From Antedon mediterranea (lineage: Eukaryota; Animalia; Echinodermata): 64,000 bases of DNA. The position numbers and the translations under genes were made by a program. Positions within the stretch are counted from its first letter, which is position 1. Every line of letters begins with the position of its first letter. Below are positions 41,237 through 54,572 of the stretch, in pieces. The DNA lies in assembly GCF_964355755.1 (NCBI RefSeq), contig NC_092674.1, positions 15,686,001-15,750,000 on the forward strand. The letters run 5' to 3'. Under the pieces are notes generated by a model. It was given only the letters and a program-made list of their open reading frames with translations, was not told the origin of the DNA and did no database searches.

Positions 41237-42088
41237 TTACATGTCATATTGTTCTTTTCGAAGAAGTTTGGCGATAGAAAACCTTTGACATTTTAGACTC
41301 AATGATGAAGACGTAGTATGTACAGCGTTTAATTGTTCTGTTTCAGTTTGTAAGCAATGCTGTTTTTCTTCGCCATTTCTATCGCTGCAATTCAAGTGGT
41401 TTATGGATTGGAGATCTAGCTCCATCGGTGCATTGCGTGATATCGTATACAGGTATGCCACCCACTCGTTGTAAGTGTTGGATGTTACGTGGTACTTCGT
41501 TCCATTCACTATAATGATATATGGCAGATAGTATTGCCAACCGTCTGTCAATCGATACCTATAACAAGAAAACAACATTATTTATTAATAACGATGATCA
41601 TGTAAATAAATAATAAGGATAATCAATGGTATTTCTGTTAAAATTACAAATGTAAGGAGCATTACTAGTAAAATGACAAAAGTACTGTAACCGAATAAGA
41701 AATGTAAGTAAGTTGCAGGCAGTGAGTTTTATTTAAGAAAAGGTTATTACAAATAATGTGGTAGAAAGAAGTTTCGTATCGATCAGTAAATTACCTCTAA
41801 AGGCCAACATTGTTATTGCAATGAATAAGTTGGTTTAATAATGTAAATCACATACCTGTGTCTGTCAACCTTTTCGATATACGGAGATTCACTGAAGATC
41901 TGTCGAACACATTCTCTGACATTCCTCATATTATACTTCTCCGGACAAATTTTATCAATAATGTGCAGCACGTTTAGAGAACCGCTGGTAGTATCTGGAC
42001 AACGGAGAAGAGCCGCCACAACAAGTTCTTGAAATGAGAGAGGCATCATCAATGTATCGGTGAGATCGGAGAACATCATGCAAGACAT
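41237..42088 (-). CDS. Forkhead-like two-exon gene, intact copy
   Basis: Same structure. Confidence 0.7.
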
Positions 42089-42572
42089 ATTTAGGTTATT
42101 CGTCGTTCGGATAATAGTCGAATGGTAGCTTTTCAGATAATTCAGTTGACTTTAATAGTTGAATGCCGTAGAAATCAAAGGCACACCATTTTATAAATGT
42201 CTTTGTCGGTTAGATATTAATGAAAGAACAAGAAAAACACAATAGAAACAATGGCTGCGTTGAGTAACGCGGGCGCAATCGCAACAATAAACAATTTTAA
42301 AACAATAGAAACGGTAAAGCAAAGAAAGCAGATGACACTTTAATGATTTGTCGGTATGAAATTACAACTTCCAATACTATTAAAAACAACTAGCATTTAA
42401 ATTTAGTTGATATGAAAATATGTTTGAGAATAGACTACAGTTAATGTAAGTTACAGAAGAGTATATTACTATTTACATTATGACACTGTAACTGAATATA
42501 AATACCAGAATGACACTTGTACAACGATACCAAGCCAATATGTCAGCTAAGAAGGTGGTATGGCGTTTAAGC

Positions 42573-42738
42573 ATACTTACCTGGCACAGGAGCGACTTTG
42601 ATCAGGAAGGAATGTCCTCCCAAGATGAGGCCTCAGCATTGCACACACGGCTGCGGTTGACCCTTGCGATTCCCCCAAACGTGGGGAACTCGGGTGTATA
42701 ATTTATGGTAGCGGGGGACTGCGTTCGCGCTAACCCCC
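42573..42738 (+). ncRNA. U1: U1 snRNA
   Basis: Same as the 1192 copy. Confidence 0.97.
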
Positions 42739-43096
42739 ACCCCAATTCGACATTAATATTAGATAAGCCTATGCAGTTCACGATAATCGTTAGTTTAATT
42801 AAGAACACTTGATATATAACTATTTATGGTTAAATTATCTGTTTTGAAACTTTGTTGGTTTGTAACTATTTATTTTCCCTTAACAACTATTGGTATAGCA
42901 TATTGACAGGCGTTGAACGCTTCATAATTATTTCGAAGCGTACGAAGAATAATATCAAACTCTAGATTAAACAAAATCAAGTAGTCTATTATAGAACTTA
43001 GGTATTTAAATAATTTTATTACTTTCTGTTAAACGATAATTATATTTCACTTACAATATGTATTAAATGCTATTTATTTATAGATATTTTATTTAT

Positions 43097-43945
43097 TTAC
43101 ATGTCATATTGTTCTTTTCGAAGAAGTTTGGCGATAGAAAACCTTTGACATTTTAGACTCAATGATGAAGACGTAGTATGTACAGCGTTTAATTGTTCTG
43201 TTTCAGTTTGTAAGCAATGCTGTTTTTCTTCGCCATTTCTATCGCTGCAATTCAAGTGGTTTATGGATTGGAGATCTAGCTCCATCGGTGCATTGCGTGA
43301 TATCGTATACAGGTATGCCACCCACTCGTTGTAAGTGTTGGATGTTACGTGGTACTTCGTTCCATTCACTATAATGATATATGGCAGATAGTATTGCCAA
43401 CCGTCTGTCAATCGATACCTATAACAAGAAAACAACATTATTTATTAATAACGATGATCATGTAAATAAATAATGATAATCAATGGTATTTCTGTTAAAA
43501 TTACAAATGTAAGGAGCATTACTAGTAAAATGACAAAAGTACTGTAACCGAATAAGAAATGTAAGTAAGTTGCAGGCAGTGAGTTTTATTTAAGAAAAGG
43601 TTATTACAAATAATGTGGTAGAAAGAAGTTTCGTATCGATCAGTAAATTACCTCTAAAGGCCAACATTGTTATTGCAATGAATAAGTTGGTTTAATAATG
43701 TAAATCACATACCTGTGTCTGTCAACCTTTTCGATATACGGAGATTCACTGAAGATCTGTCGAACACATTCTCTGACATTCCTCATATTATACTTCTCCG
43801 GACAAATTTTATCAATAATGTGCAGCACGTTTAGAGAACCGCTGGTAGTATCTGGACAACGGAGAAGAGCCGCCACAACAAGTTCTTGAAATGAGAGAGG
43901 CATCATCAATGTATCGGTGAGATCGGAGAACATCATGCAAGACAT
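43097..43945 (-). CDS. Forkhead-like two-exon gene, intact copy (3-bp intronic deletion)
   Basis: taatgataat at about 43471 versus taataaggataat. Confidence 0.7.
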
Positions 43946-44429
43946 ATTTAGGTTATTTGTCGTTCGGATAATAGTCGAATGGTAGCTTTTCAGATAATTC
44001 AGTTGACTTTAATAGTTGAATGCCGTAGAAATCAAAGGCACACCATTTTATAAATGTCTTTGTCGGTTAGATATTAATGAAAGAACAAGAAAAACACAAT
44101 AGAAACAATGGCTGCGTTGAGTAACGCGGGCGCAATCGCAACAATAAACAATTTTAAAACAATAGAAACGGTAAAGCAAAGAAAGCAGATGACACTTTAA
44201 TGATTTGTCGGTATGAAATTACAACTTCCAATACTATTAAAAACAACTAGCATTTAAATTTAGTTGATATGAAAATATGTTTGAGAATAGACTACAGTTA
44301 ATGTAAGTTACAGAAGAGTATATTACTATTTACATTATGACACTGTAACTGAATATAAATACCAGAATGACACTTGTACAACGATACCAAGCCAATATGT
44401 CAGCTAAGAAGGTGGTATGGCGTTTAAGC

Positions 44430-44595
44430 ATACTTACCTGGCACAGGAGCGACTTTGATCAGGAAGGAATGTCCTCTCAAGATGAGGCCTCAGCATTGCA
44501 CACACGGCTGCGGTTGACCCTTGCGATTCCCCCAAACGTGGGGAACTCGGGTGTATAATTTATGGTAGCGGGGGACTGCGTTCGCGCTAACCCCC
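44430..44595 (+). ncRNA. U1: U1 snRNA (C48U variant)
   Basis: cctctc allele. Confidence 0.97.
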
Positions 44596-44862
44596 ACCCC
44601 AATTCGACATTAATATTAGATAAGCCTATGCAGTTCACGATAATCGTTAGTTTAATTAAGAACACTTGATATATAACTATTTATGGTTACATTATCTGTT
44701 TTGAAACTTTGTTGGTTTGTAACTATTTATTTTCCGTTAACAACTATTGGTATAGCATATTGACAGGCGTTGAACGCTTCATAATTATTTCGAAGCGTAC
44801 GAAGAATAATATCAAACTCTAGATTAAACAAAATCAAGTAGTCTATTATAGAACTTACGTAT

Positions 44863-45642
44863 TTAAATAGTATGTACAGCGTTTAATTGTTCTGTTTCAG
44901 TTTGTAAGCAATGCTGTTTTTCTTCGCCATTTCTATCGCTGCAATTCAAGTGGTTTATGGATTGGAGATCTAGCTCCATCGGTGCATTGCGTGATATCGT
45001 ATACAGGTATGCCACCCACTCGTTGTAAGTGTTGGATGTTACGTGGTACTTCGTTCCATTCACTATAATGATATATGGCAGATAGTATTGCCAACCGTCT
45101 GTCAATCGATACCTATAACAAGAAAACAACATTATTTATTAATAACGATGATCATGTAAATAAATAATAAGGATAATCAATGGTATTTCTGTTAAAATTA
45201 CAAATGTAAGGAGCATTACTAGTAAAATGACAAAAGTACTGTAACCGAATAAGAAATGTAAGTAAGTTGCAGGCAGTGAGTTTTATTTAAGAAAAGGTTA
45301 TTACAAATAATGTGGTAGAAAGAAGTTTCGTATCGATCAGTAAATTACCTCTAAAGGCCAACATTGTTATTGCAATGAATAAGTTGGTTTAATAATGTAA
45401 ATCACATACCTGTGTCTGTCAACCTTTTCGATATACGGAGATTCACTGAAGATCTGTCGAACACATTCTCTGACATTCCTCATATTATACTTCTCCGGAC
45501 AAATTTTATCAATAATGTGCAGCACGTTTAGAGAACCGCTGGTAGTATCTGGACAACGGAGAAGAGCCGCCACAACAAGTTCTTGAAATGAGAGAGGCAT
45601 CATCAATGTATCGGTGAGATCGGAGAACATCATGCAAGACAT
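44863..45642 (-). CDS. Forkhead-like gene, 163-bp deletion allele
   Basis: Same junction as 10917; lacks the S>R change linked to the other three copies. Confidence 0.6.
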
Positions 45643-46126
45643 ATTTAGGTTATTCGTCGTTCGGATAATAGTCGAATGGTAGCTTTTTAGATAATTCAGT
45701 TGACTTTAATAGTTGAATGCCGTAGAAATCAAAGGCACACCATTTTATAAATGTCTTTGTCGGTTAGATATTAATGAAAGAACAAGAAAAACACAATAGA
45801 AACAATGGCTGCGTTGAGTAACGCGGGCGCAAACGCAACAATAAACAATTTTAAAACAATAGAAACGGTAAAGGAAAGAAAGCAGATGACACTTTAATGA
45901 TTTGTCGGTATGAAATTACAACTTCCAATACTATTAAAAACAACTAGCATTTAAATTTAGTTGATATGAAAATATGTTTGAGAATAGACTACAGTTAATG
46001 TAAGTTACAGAAGAGTATATTACTATTTACATTATGACACTGTAACTGAATATAAATACCAGAATGACACTTGTACAACGATACCAAGCCAATATGTCAG
46101 CTAAGAAGGTGGTATGGCGTTTAAGC

Positions 46127-46292
46127 ATACTTACCTGGCACAGGAGCGACTTTGATCAGGAAGGAATGTCCTCTCAAGATGAGGCCTCAGCATTGCACAC
46201 ACGGCTGCGGTTGACCCTTGCGATTCCCCCAAACGTGGGGAACTCGGGTGTATAATTTATGGTAGCGGGGGACTGCGTTCGCGCTAACCCCC
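46127..46292 (+). ncRNA. U1: U1 snRNA (C48U variant)
   Basis: cctctc allele. Confidence 0.97.
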
Positions 46293-46650
46293 ACCCCAAT
46301 TCGACATTAATATTAGATAAGCCTATGCAGTTCACGATAATCGTTAGTTTAATTAAGAACACTTGATATATAACTATTTATGGTTACATTATCTGTTTTG
46401 AAACTTTGTTGGTTTGTAACTATTTATTTTCCCTTAACAACTATTGGTATAGCATATTGACAGGCGTTGAACGCTTCATAATTATTTCGAAGCGTACGAA
46501 GAATAATATCAAACTCTAGATTAAACAAAATCAAGTAGTCTATTATAGAACTTAGGTATTTAAATAATTTTATTACTTTCTGTTAAACGATAATTATATT
46601 TCACTTACAATATGTATTAAATGCTATTTATTTATAGATATTTTATTTAT

Positions 46651-47489
46651 TTACATGTCATATTGTTCTTTTCGAAGAAGTTTGGCGATAGAAAACCTTT
46701 GACATTTTAGACTCAATGATGAAGACGTAGTATGTACAGCGTTTAATTGTTCTGTTTCAGTTTGTAAGCAATGCTGTTTTTCTTCGCCATTTCTATCGCT
46801 GCAATTCAAGTGGTTTATGGATTGGAGATCTAGCTCCGTGATATCGTATACAGGTATGCCACCCACTCGTTGTAAGTGTTGGATGTTACGTGGTACTTCG
46901 TTCCATTCACTATAATGATATATGGCAGATAGTATTGCCAACCGTCTGTCAATCGATACCTATAACAAGAAAACAACATTATTTATTAATAACGATGATC
47001 ATGTAAATAAATAATAAGGATAATCAATGGTATTTCTGTTAAAATTACAAATGTAAGGAGCATTACTAGTAAAATGACAAAAGTACTGTAACCGAATAAG
47101 TAATGTAAGTAAGTTGCAGGCAGTGAGTTTTATTTAAGAAAAGGTTATTACAAATAATGTGGTAGAAAGAAGTTTCGTATCGATCAGTAAATTACCTCTA
47201 AAGGCCAACATTGTTATTGCAATGAATAAGTTGGTTTAATAATGTAAATCACATACCTGTGTCTGTCAACCTTTTCGATATACGGAGATTCACTGAAGAT
47301 CTGTCGAACACATTCTCTGACATTCCTCATATTATACTTCTCCGGACAAATTTTATCAATAATGTGCAGCACGTTTAGAGAACCGCTGGTAGTATCTGGA
47401 CAACGGAGAAGAGCCGCCACAACAAGTTCTTGAAATGAGAGAGGCATCATCAATGTATCGGTGAGATCGGAGAACATCATGCAAGACAT
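46651..47489 (-). pseudogene. Forkhead-like gene with 13-bp frameshift deletion in exon 2
   Basis: Junction at 46837/46838. Confidence 0.6.
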
Positions 47490-47973
47490 ATTTAGGTTAT
47501 TCGTCGTTCGGATAATAGTCGAATGGTAGCTTTTCAGATAATTCAGTTGACTTTAATAGTTGAATGCCGTAGAAATCAAAGGCACACCATTTTATAAATG
47601 TCTTTGTCGGTTAGATATTAATGAAAGAACAAGAAAAACACAATAGAAACAATGGCTGCGTTGAGTAACGCGGGCGCAATCGCAACAATAAACAATTTTA
47701 AAACAATAGAAACGGTAAAGCAAAGAAAGCAGATGACACTTTAATGATTTGTCGGTATGAAATTACAACTTCCAATACTATTAAAAACAACTAGCATTTA
47801 AATTTAGTTGATATGAAAATATGTTTGAGAATAGACTACAGTTAATGTAAGTTACAGAAGAGTATATTACTATTTACATTATGACACTGTAACTGAATAT
47901 AAATACCAGAATGACACTTGTACAACGATACCAAGCCAATATGTCAGCTAAGAAGGTGGTATGGCGTTTAAGC

Positions 47974-48139
47974 ATACTTACCTGGCACAGGAGCGACTTT
48001 GATCAGGAAGGAATGTCCTCTCAAGATGAGGCCTCAGCATTGCACACACGGCTGCGGTTGACCCTTGCGATTCCCCCAAACGTGGGGAACTCGGGTGTAT
48101 AATTTATGGTAGCGGGGGACTGCGTTCGCGCTAACCCCC
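47974..48139 (+). ncRNA. U1: U1 snRNA (C48U variant)
   Basis: cctctc allele. Confidence 0.97.
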
Positions 48140-48497
48140 ACCCCAATTCGACATTAATATTAGATAAGCCTATGCAGTTCACGATAATCGTTAGTTTAAT
48201 TAAGAACACTTGATATATAACTATTTATGGTTACATTATCTGTTTTGAAACTTTGTTGGTTTGTAACTATATATTTTCCCTTAACAACTATTGGTATAGC
48301 ATATTGACAGGCGTTGAACGCTTCATAATTATTTCGAAGCGTACGAAGAATAATATCAAACTCTAGATTAAACAAAATCAAGTAGTCTATTATAGAACTT
48401 AGGTATTTAAATAATTTTATTACTTTCTGTTAAACGATAATTATATTTCACTTACAATATGTATTAAATGCTATTTATTTATAGATATTTTATTTAT

Positions 48498-49349
48498 TTA
48501 CATGTCATATTGTTCTTTTCGAAGAAGTTTGGCGATAGAAAACCTTTGACATTTTAGACTCAATGATGAAGACGTAGTATGTACAGCGTTTAATTGTTCT
48601 GTTTCAGTTTGTAAGCAATGCTGTTTTTCTTCGCCATTTCTATCGCTGCAATTCAAGTGGTTTATGGATTGGAGATCTAGCTCCATCGGTGCATTGCGTG
48701 ATATCGTATACAGGTATGCCACCCACTCGTTGTAAGTGTTGGATGTTACGTGGTACTTCGTTCCATTCACTATAATGATATATGGCAGATAGTATTGCCA
48801 ACCGTCTGTCAATCGATACCTATAACAAGAAAACAACATTATTTATTAATAACGATGATCATGTAAATAAATAATAAGGATAATCAATGGTATTTCTGTT
48901 AAAATTACAAATGTAAGGAGCATTACTAGTAAAATGACAAAAGTACTGTAACCGAATAAGAAATGTAAGTAAGTTGCAGGCAGTGAGTTTTATTTAAGAA
49001 AAGGTTATTACAAATAATGTGGTAGAAAGAAGTTTCGTATCGATCAGTAAATTACCTCTAAAGGCCAACATTGTTATTGCAATGAATAAGTTGGTTTAAT
49101 AATGTAAATCACATACCTGTGTCTGTCAACCTTTTCGATATACGGAGATTCACTGAAGATCTGTCGAACACATTCTCTGACATTCCTCATATTATACTTC
49201 TCCGGACAAATTTTATCAATAATGTGCAGCACGTTTAGAGAACCGCTGGTAGTATCTGGACAACGGAGAAGAGCCGCCACAACAAGTTCTTGAAATGAGA
49301 GAGGCATCATCAATGTATCGGTGAGATCGGAGAACATCATGCAAGACAT
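48498..49349 (-). CDS. Forkhead-like two-exon gene, intact copy
   Basis: Same structure. Confidence 0.7.
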
Positions 49350-49961
49350 ATTTAGGTTATTCGTCGTTCGGATAATAGTCGAATGGTAGCTTTTCAGATA
49401 ATTCAGTTGACTTTAATAGTTGAATGCCGTAGAAATCAAAGGCACACCATTTTATAAATGTCTTTGTCGGTTAGATATTAATGAAAGAACAAGAAAAACA
49501 CAATAGAAACAATGGCTGCGTTGAGTAACGCGGGCGCAATCGCAACAATAAACAATTTTAAAACAATAGAAACGGTAAAGCAAAGAAAGCAGATGACACT
49601 TTAATGATTTGTCGGTATGAAATTACAACTTCCAATACTATTAAAAACAACTAGCATTTAAATTTAGTTGATATGAAAATATGTTTGAGAATAGACTACA
49701 GTTAATGTAAGTTACAGAAGAGTATATTACTATTTACATTATGACACTGTAACTGAATATAAATACCAGAATGACACTTGTACAACGATACCAAGCCAAT
49801 ATGTCAGCTAAGAAGGTGGTATGGCGTTTAAGCATACTTACCTGGCACAGGAGCGACTTTGATCAGGAAGGAATGTCCTCCCAAGATGAGGCCTCAGCAT
49901 TGCACACACGGCTGCGGTTGACCCTTGCGATTCCCCCAAACGTGGGGAACTCGGGTGTATA

Positions 49962-51459
49962 TTTATTTATTTATTTATTTGGAATTACACCTTTAGATCG
50001 GTGGCACACTTAGCACAAAGGTGCATCCTTCACAATATAAAATATAACAATTAACAGAAAAGTAAAAAAAGGCAAAAGCAACTATCAACCCCTATCCTAC
50101 CCCCCCCCCCCCCCAATTTACATCGATACATACAGTAGATCATTACTTTACACAATGAATACAAAACAAGATATAGTAAAAGTGTATAAAATAAAATAAA
50201 ATCAGCTGATAAACACAGCTTATTACGAAAAACCCCCAACTCCTCCCCCCTCCCACTTTTTTTTCAATTTACTTAATGTAGCAATGTAGATAACATAGTT
50301 ATTGAGTCATGGAATTCAGTGAATCATTTCGAAATTGCCATGCTTGTTTTAGGTATCTTTTACAAAAACTATCTAAAATATGTTCACACTCTTCATCAAT
50401 TAAATTATCTGAGTATCCCAAAATATATTTAAGTTTGTCATTTTCAAGAGAAGTATAAAAAGTATCAAACATATCTTTGCTGCCATTTCTATACATATCC
50501 ACATATAAATTAAATAATTCCTGATTACGTATATTATTTAAAGCTGGACAATTAAGGATGAAATGATGGATGTCTTCGTCCGAATTTGTACCGCACAATT
50601 TACATTTTTTATTATTATCAATATTCCAATTTGCAGTTCTATCATACAAAGGTAGAGTATTTGAACGAGCTTTAAATTTTAATGCAGCACCTTCAAAATT
50701 AGTTTTATCAATTAAGTAATTTTCAAGTCCAGGTTTTGATTTTAATGTTTCATAGATGTGGAGACTTGATTTATTTTGTAATTCAATTCTCCATTCATCT
50801 ATCATTATATAGTTAAGTTTTCTTAAGATTTCAGAAATTGGAAAGTAGACTTCTTTATAATTTGAGAGAGTGGTGAAAATATTTTTGGATTCACAATTAC
50901 ACTTCAAGAGAATATCGTTTATACAAGATAGAAACTTATACCTTAAGTCTTTAAATTCACAATTAAGTTGTAGCATTCCAATAAACATAATTTTTGGCCA
51001 TCGATAGTTTTCCATCTTTATAATTCTATGGAAGTATTTCATACGAAGAGCGTTATGAATCTCGTTAATTGGAGACCAGCCAAGCTCTCCATATAAGGCG
51101 GCACAAGGTGTATTTCGAGGTGCTTTTAAGATATAACGTGCCATTTGGAGCTGGAGACGCTCTAGTTTATCTATATCTATTCTACTTAAAGAGCACCATA
51201 CTGAACAACCATAGTTGATAGATGGGAGAACTATCGATCTCCACAGAGTATCCCCATAATATACTCTGTTAAAGTTATCAAAGCTACTGATAATTGATTT
51301 AACGTACGCTATTAATCTTTGACCTTTTTTTATAACATTCTCAATTTGTATATGGTCATTTAATTTACGAGAAATATGTACACCGAGATATTTATATGAT
51401 TCAGTTTCAGATATAAAGCCATTACCTAATTTCCATTGTCTTACTTTATCAACATCAAC
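49962..51459 (-). mobile_element. 5'-truncated non-LTR retrotransposon (LINE; tentatively RTEX-like) with (TAAA)n tail and 5-bp GTATA target-site duplication
   Basis: (ATTT)n at 49962-49980; GTATA at 49957-49961 and 51460-51464; unit length increased by 1503 bp; RT C-terminal ORF. Confidence 0.93.
50299..51459 (-). CDS. C-terminal fragment (386 aa) of LINE ORF2: end of RT/thumb and CCHC zinc knuckle
   Basis: YKYLG, LPSINYGCSVW, LERLQ..ARYIL, ALYGELGW and CKLC..EDIHHFILNC motifs. The first 15 aa of the listed ORF are antisense U1 sequence. Confidence 0.9.
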   Translation of the reverse strand, partial: VDVDKVRQWKLGNGFISETESYKYLGVHISRKLNDHIQIENVIKKGQRLIAYVKSIISSFDNFNRVYYGDTLWRSIVLPSINYGCSVWCSLSRIDIDKLERLQLQMARYILKAPRNTPCAALYGELGWSPINEIHNALRMKYFHRIIKMENYRWPKIMFIGMLQLNCEFKDLRYKFLSCINDILLKCNCESKNIFTTLSNYKEVYFPISEILRKLNYIMIDEWRIELQNKSSLHIYETLKSKPGLENYLIDKTNFEGAALKFKARSNTLPLYDRTANWNIDNNKKCKLCGTNSDEDIHHFILNCPALNNIRNQELFNLYVDMYRNGSKDMFDTFYTSLENDKLKYILGYSDNLIDEECEHILDSFCKRYLKQAWQFRNDSLNSMTQ

Positions 51460-51860
51460 GTATAATTTATGGTAGCGGGGGACTGCGTTCGCGCTAACCC
51501 CCACCCCAATTCGACATTAATATTAGATAAGCCTATGCAGTTCACGATAATCGTTAGTTTAATTAAGAACACTTGATATATAACTATTTATGGTTACATT
51601 ATCTGTTTTGAAACTTTGTTGGTTTGTAACTATTTATTTTCCCTTAACAACTATTGGTATAGCATATTGACAGGCGTTGAACGCTTCATAATTATTTCGA
51701 AGCGTACGAAGAATAATATCAAACTCTAGATTAAACAAAATCAAGTAGTCTATTATAGAACTTACGTATTTAAATAATTTTATTACTTTCTGTTAAACGA
51801 TAATTATATTTCACTTACAATATGTATTAAATGCTATTTATTTATAGATATTTTATTTAT

Positions 51861-52712
51861 TTACATGTCATATTGTTCTTTTCGAAGAAGTTTGGCGATA
51901 GAAAACCTTTGACATTTTAGACTCAATGATGAAGACGTAGTATGTACAGCGTTTAATTGTTCTGTTTCAGTTTGTAAGCAATGCTGTTTTTCTTCGCCAT
52001 TTCTATCGCTGCAATTCAAGTGGTTTATGGATTGGAGATCTAGCTCCATCGGTGCATTGCGTGATATCGTATACAGGTATGCCACCCACTCGTTGTAAGT
52101 GTTGGATGTTACGTGGTACTTCGTTCCATTCACTATAATGATATATGGCAGATAGTATTGCCAACCGTCTGTCAATCGATACCTATAACAAGAAAAGAAC
52201 ATTATTTATTAATAACGATGATCATGTAAATAAATAATAAGGATAATCAATGGTATTTCTGTTAAAATTACAAATGTAAAGAGCATTACTAGTAAAATGA
52301 CAAAAGTACTGTAACCGAATAAGTAATGTAAGTAAGTTGCAGGCAGTGAGTTTTATTTAAGAAAAGGTTATTACAAATAATGTGGTAGAAAGAAGTTTCG
52401 TATCGATCAGTAAATTACCTCTAAAGGCCAACATTGTTATTGCAATGAATAAGTTGGTTTAATAATGTAAATCACATACCTGTGTCTGTCAACCTTTTCG
52501 ATATACGGAGATTCACTGAAGATCTGTCGAACACATTCTCTGACATTCCTCATATTATACTTCTCCGGACAAATTTTATCAATAATGTGCAGCACGTTTA
52601 GAGAACCGCTGGTAGTATCTGGACAACGGAGAAGAGCCGCCACAACAAGTTCTTGAAATGAGAGAGGCATCATCAATGTATCGGTGAGATCGGAGAACAT
52701 CATGCAAGACAT
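51861..52712 (-). CDS. Forkhead-like two-exon gene, intact copy
   Basis: Same structure; G>C in the polypyrimidine tract. Confidence 0.7.
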
Positions 52713-53196
52713 ATTTAGGTTATTCGTCGTTCGGATAATAGTCGAATGGTAGCTTTTCAGATAATTCAGTTGACTTTAATAGTTGAATGCCGTAGAAATC
52801 AAAGGCACACCATTTTATAAATGTCTTTGTCGGTTAGATATTAATGAAAGAACAAGAAAAACACAATAGAAACAATGGCTGCGTTGAGTAACGCGGGCGC
52901 AATCGCAACAATAAACAATTTTAAAACAATAGAAACGGTAAAGCAAAGAAAGCAGATGACACTTTAATGATTTGTCGGTATGAAATTACAACTTCCAATA
53001 CTATTAAAAACAACTAGCATTTAAATTTAGTTGATATGAAAATATGTTTGAGAATAGACTACAGTTAATGTAAGTTACAGAAGAGTATATTACTATTTAC
53101 ATTATGACACTGTAACTGAATATAAATACCAGAATGACACTTGTACAACGATACCAAGCCAATATGTCAGCTAAGAAGGTGGTATGGCGTTTAAGC

Positions 53197-53362
53197 ATAC
53201 TTACCTGGCACAGGAGCGACTTTGATCAGGAAGGAATGTCCTCCCAAGATGAGGCCTCAGCATTGCACACACGGCTGCGGTTGACCCTTGCGATTCCCCC
53301 AAACGTGGGGAACTCGGGTGTATAATTTATGGTAGCGGGGGACTGCGTTCGCGCTAACCCCA
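53197..53362 (+). ncRNA. U1: U1 snRNA (3'-end C>A)
   Basis: taaccccaacccc. Confidence 0.96.
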
Positions 53363-53720
53363 ACCCCAATTCGACATTAATATTAGATAAGCCTATGCAG
53401 TTCACGATAATCGTTAGTTTAATTAAGAACACTTGATATATAACTATTTATGGTTACATTATCTGTTTTGAAACTTTGTTGGTTTGTAACTATTTATTTT
53501 CCCTTAACAACTATTGGTATAGCATATTGACAGGCGTTGAACGCTTCATAATTATTTCGAAGCGTACGAAGAATAATATCAAACTCTAGATTAAACAAAA
53601 TCAAGTAGTCTATTATAGAACTTACGTATTTAAATAATTTTATTACTTTCTGTTAAACGATAATTATATTTCACTTACAATATGTATTAAATGCTATTTA
53701 TTTATAGATATTTTATTTAT

Positions 53721-54572
53721 TTACATGTCATATTGTTCTTGTCGAAGAAGTTTGGCGATAGAAAACCTTTGACATTTTAGACTCAATGATGAAGACGTAG
53801 TATGTACAGCGTTTAATTGTTCTGTTTCAGTTTGTAAGCAATGCTGTTTTTCTTCGCCATTTCTATCGCTGCAATTCAAGTGGTTTATGGATTGGAGATC
53901 TAGCTCCATCGGTGCATTGCGTGATATCGTATACAGGTATGCCACCCACTCGTTGTAAGTGTTGGATGTTACGTGGTACTTCGTTCCATTCACTATAATG
54001 ATATATGGCAGATAGTATTGCCAACCGTCTGTCAATCGATACCTATAACAAGAAAAGAACATTATTTATTAATAACGATGATCATGTAAATAAATAATAA
54101 GGATAATCAATGGTATTTCTGTTAAAATTACAAATGTAAGGAGCATTACTAGTAAAATGACAAAAGTACTGTAACCGAATAAGTAATGTAAGTAAGTTGC
54201 AGGCAGTGAGTTTTATTTAAGAAAAGGTTATTACAAATAATGTGGTAGAAAGAAGTTTCGTATCGATCAGTAAATTACCTGTAAAGGCCAACATTGTTAT
54301 TGCAATGAATAAGTTGGTTTAATAATGTAAATCACATACCTGTGTCTGTCAACCTTTTCGATATACGGAGATTCACTGAAGATCTGACGAACACATTCTC
54401 TGACATTCCTCATATTATACTTCTCCGGACAAATTGTATCAATAATGTGTAGCACGTTTATAGAACCGCTGGTAGTATCTGGACAACGGAGAAGAGCCGC
54501 CACAACAAGTTCTTGAAATGAGAGAGGCATCATCAATGTATCGGTGAGATCGGAGAACATCATGCAAGACAT
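53721..54572 (-). CDS. Forkhead-like two-exon gene, intact copy (L38I, K46T)
   Basis: Same structure. Confidence 0.7.

Larger units (their letters stand above)
49834..51502 (+). pseudogene. U1 gene split by a LINE insertion just at the Sm site (5' part 49834..49961; 3' part 51460..51502)
   Basis: U1 stops at GGGTGTATA (49961) and resumes at GTATAATTTATGGTAGC (51460). Confidence 0.95.

Noticed and set aside
49771-50239. 80-aa and 62-aa ORFs at the LINE 3' end, and 61/64-aa ORFs at 48196, 58607, 60489 and 60728
   Set aside because: Low-complexity translations of tails, UTR or spacer, or of junction sequence.
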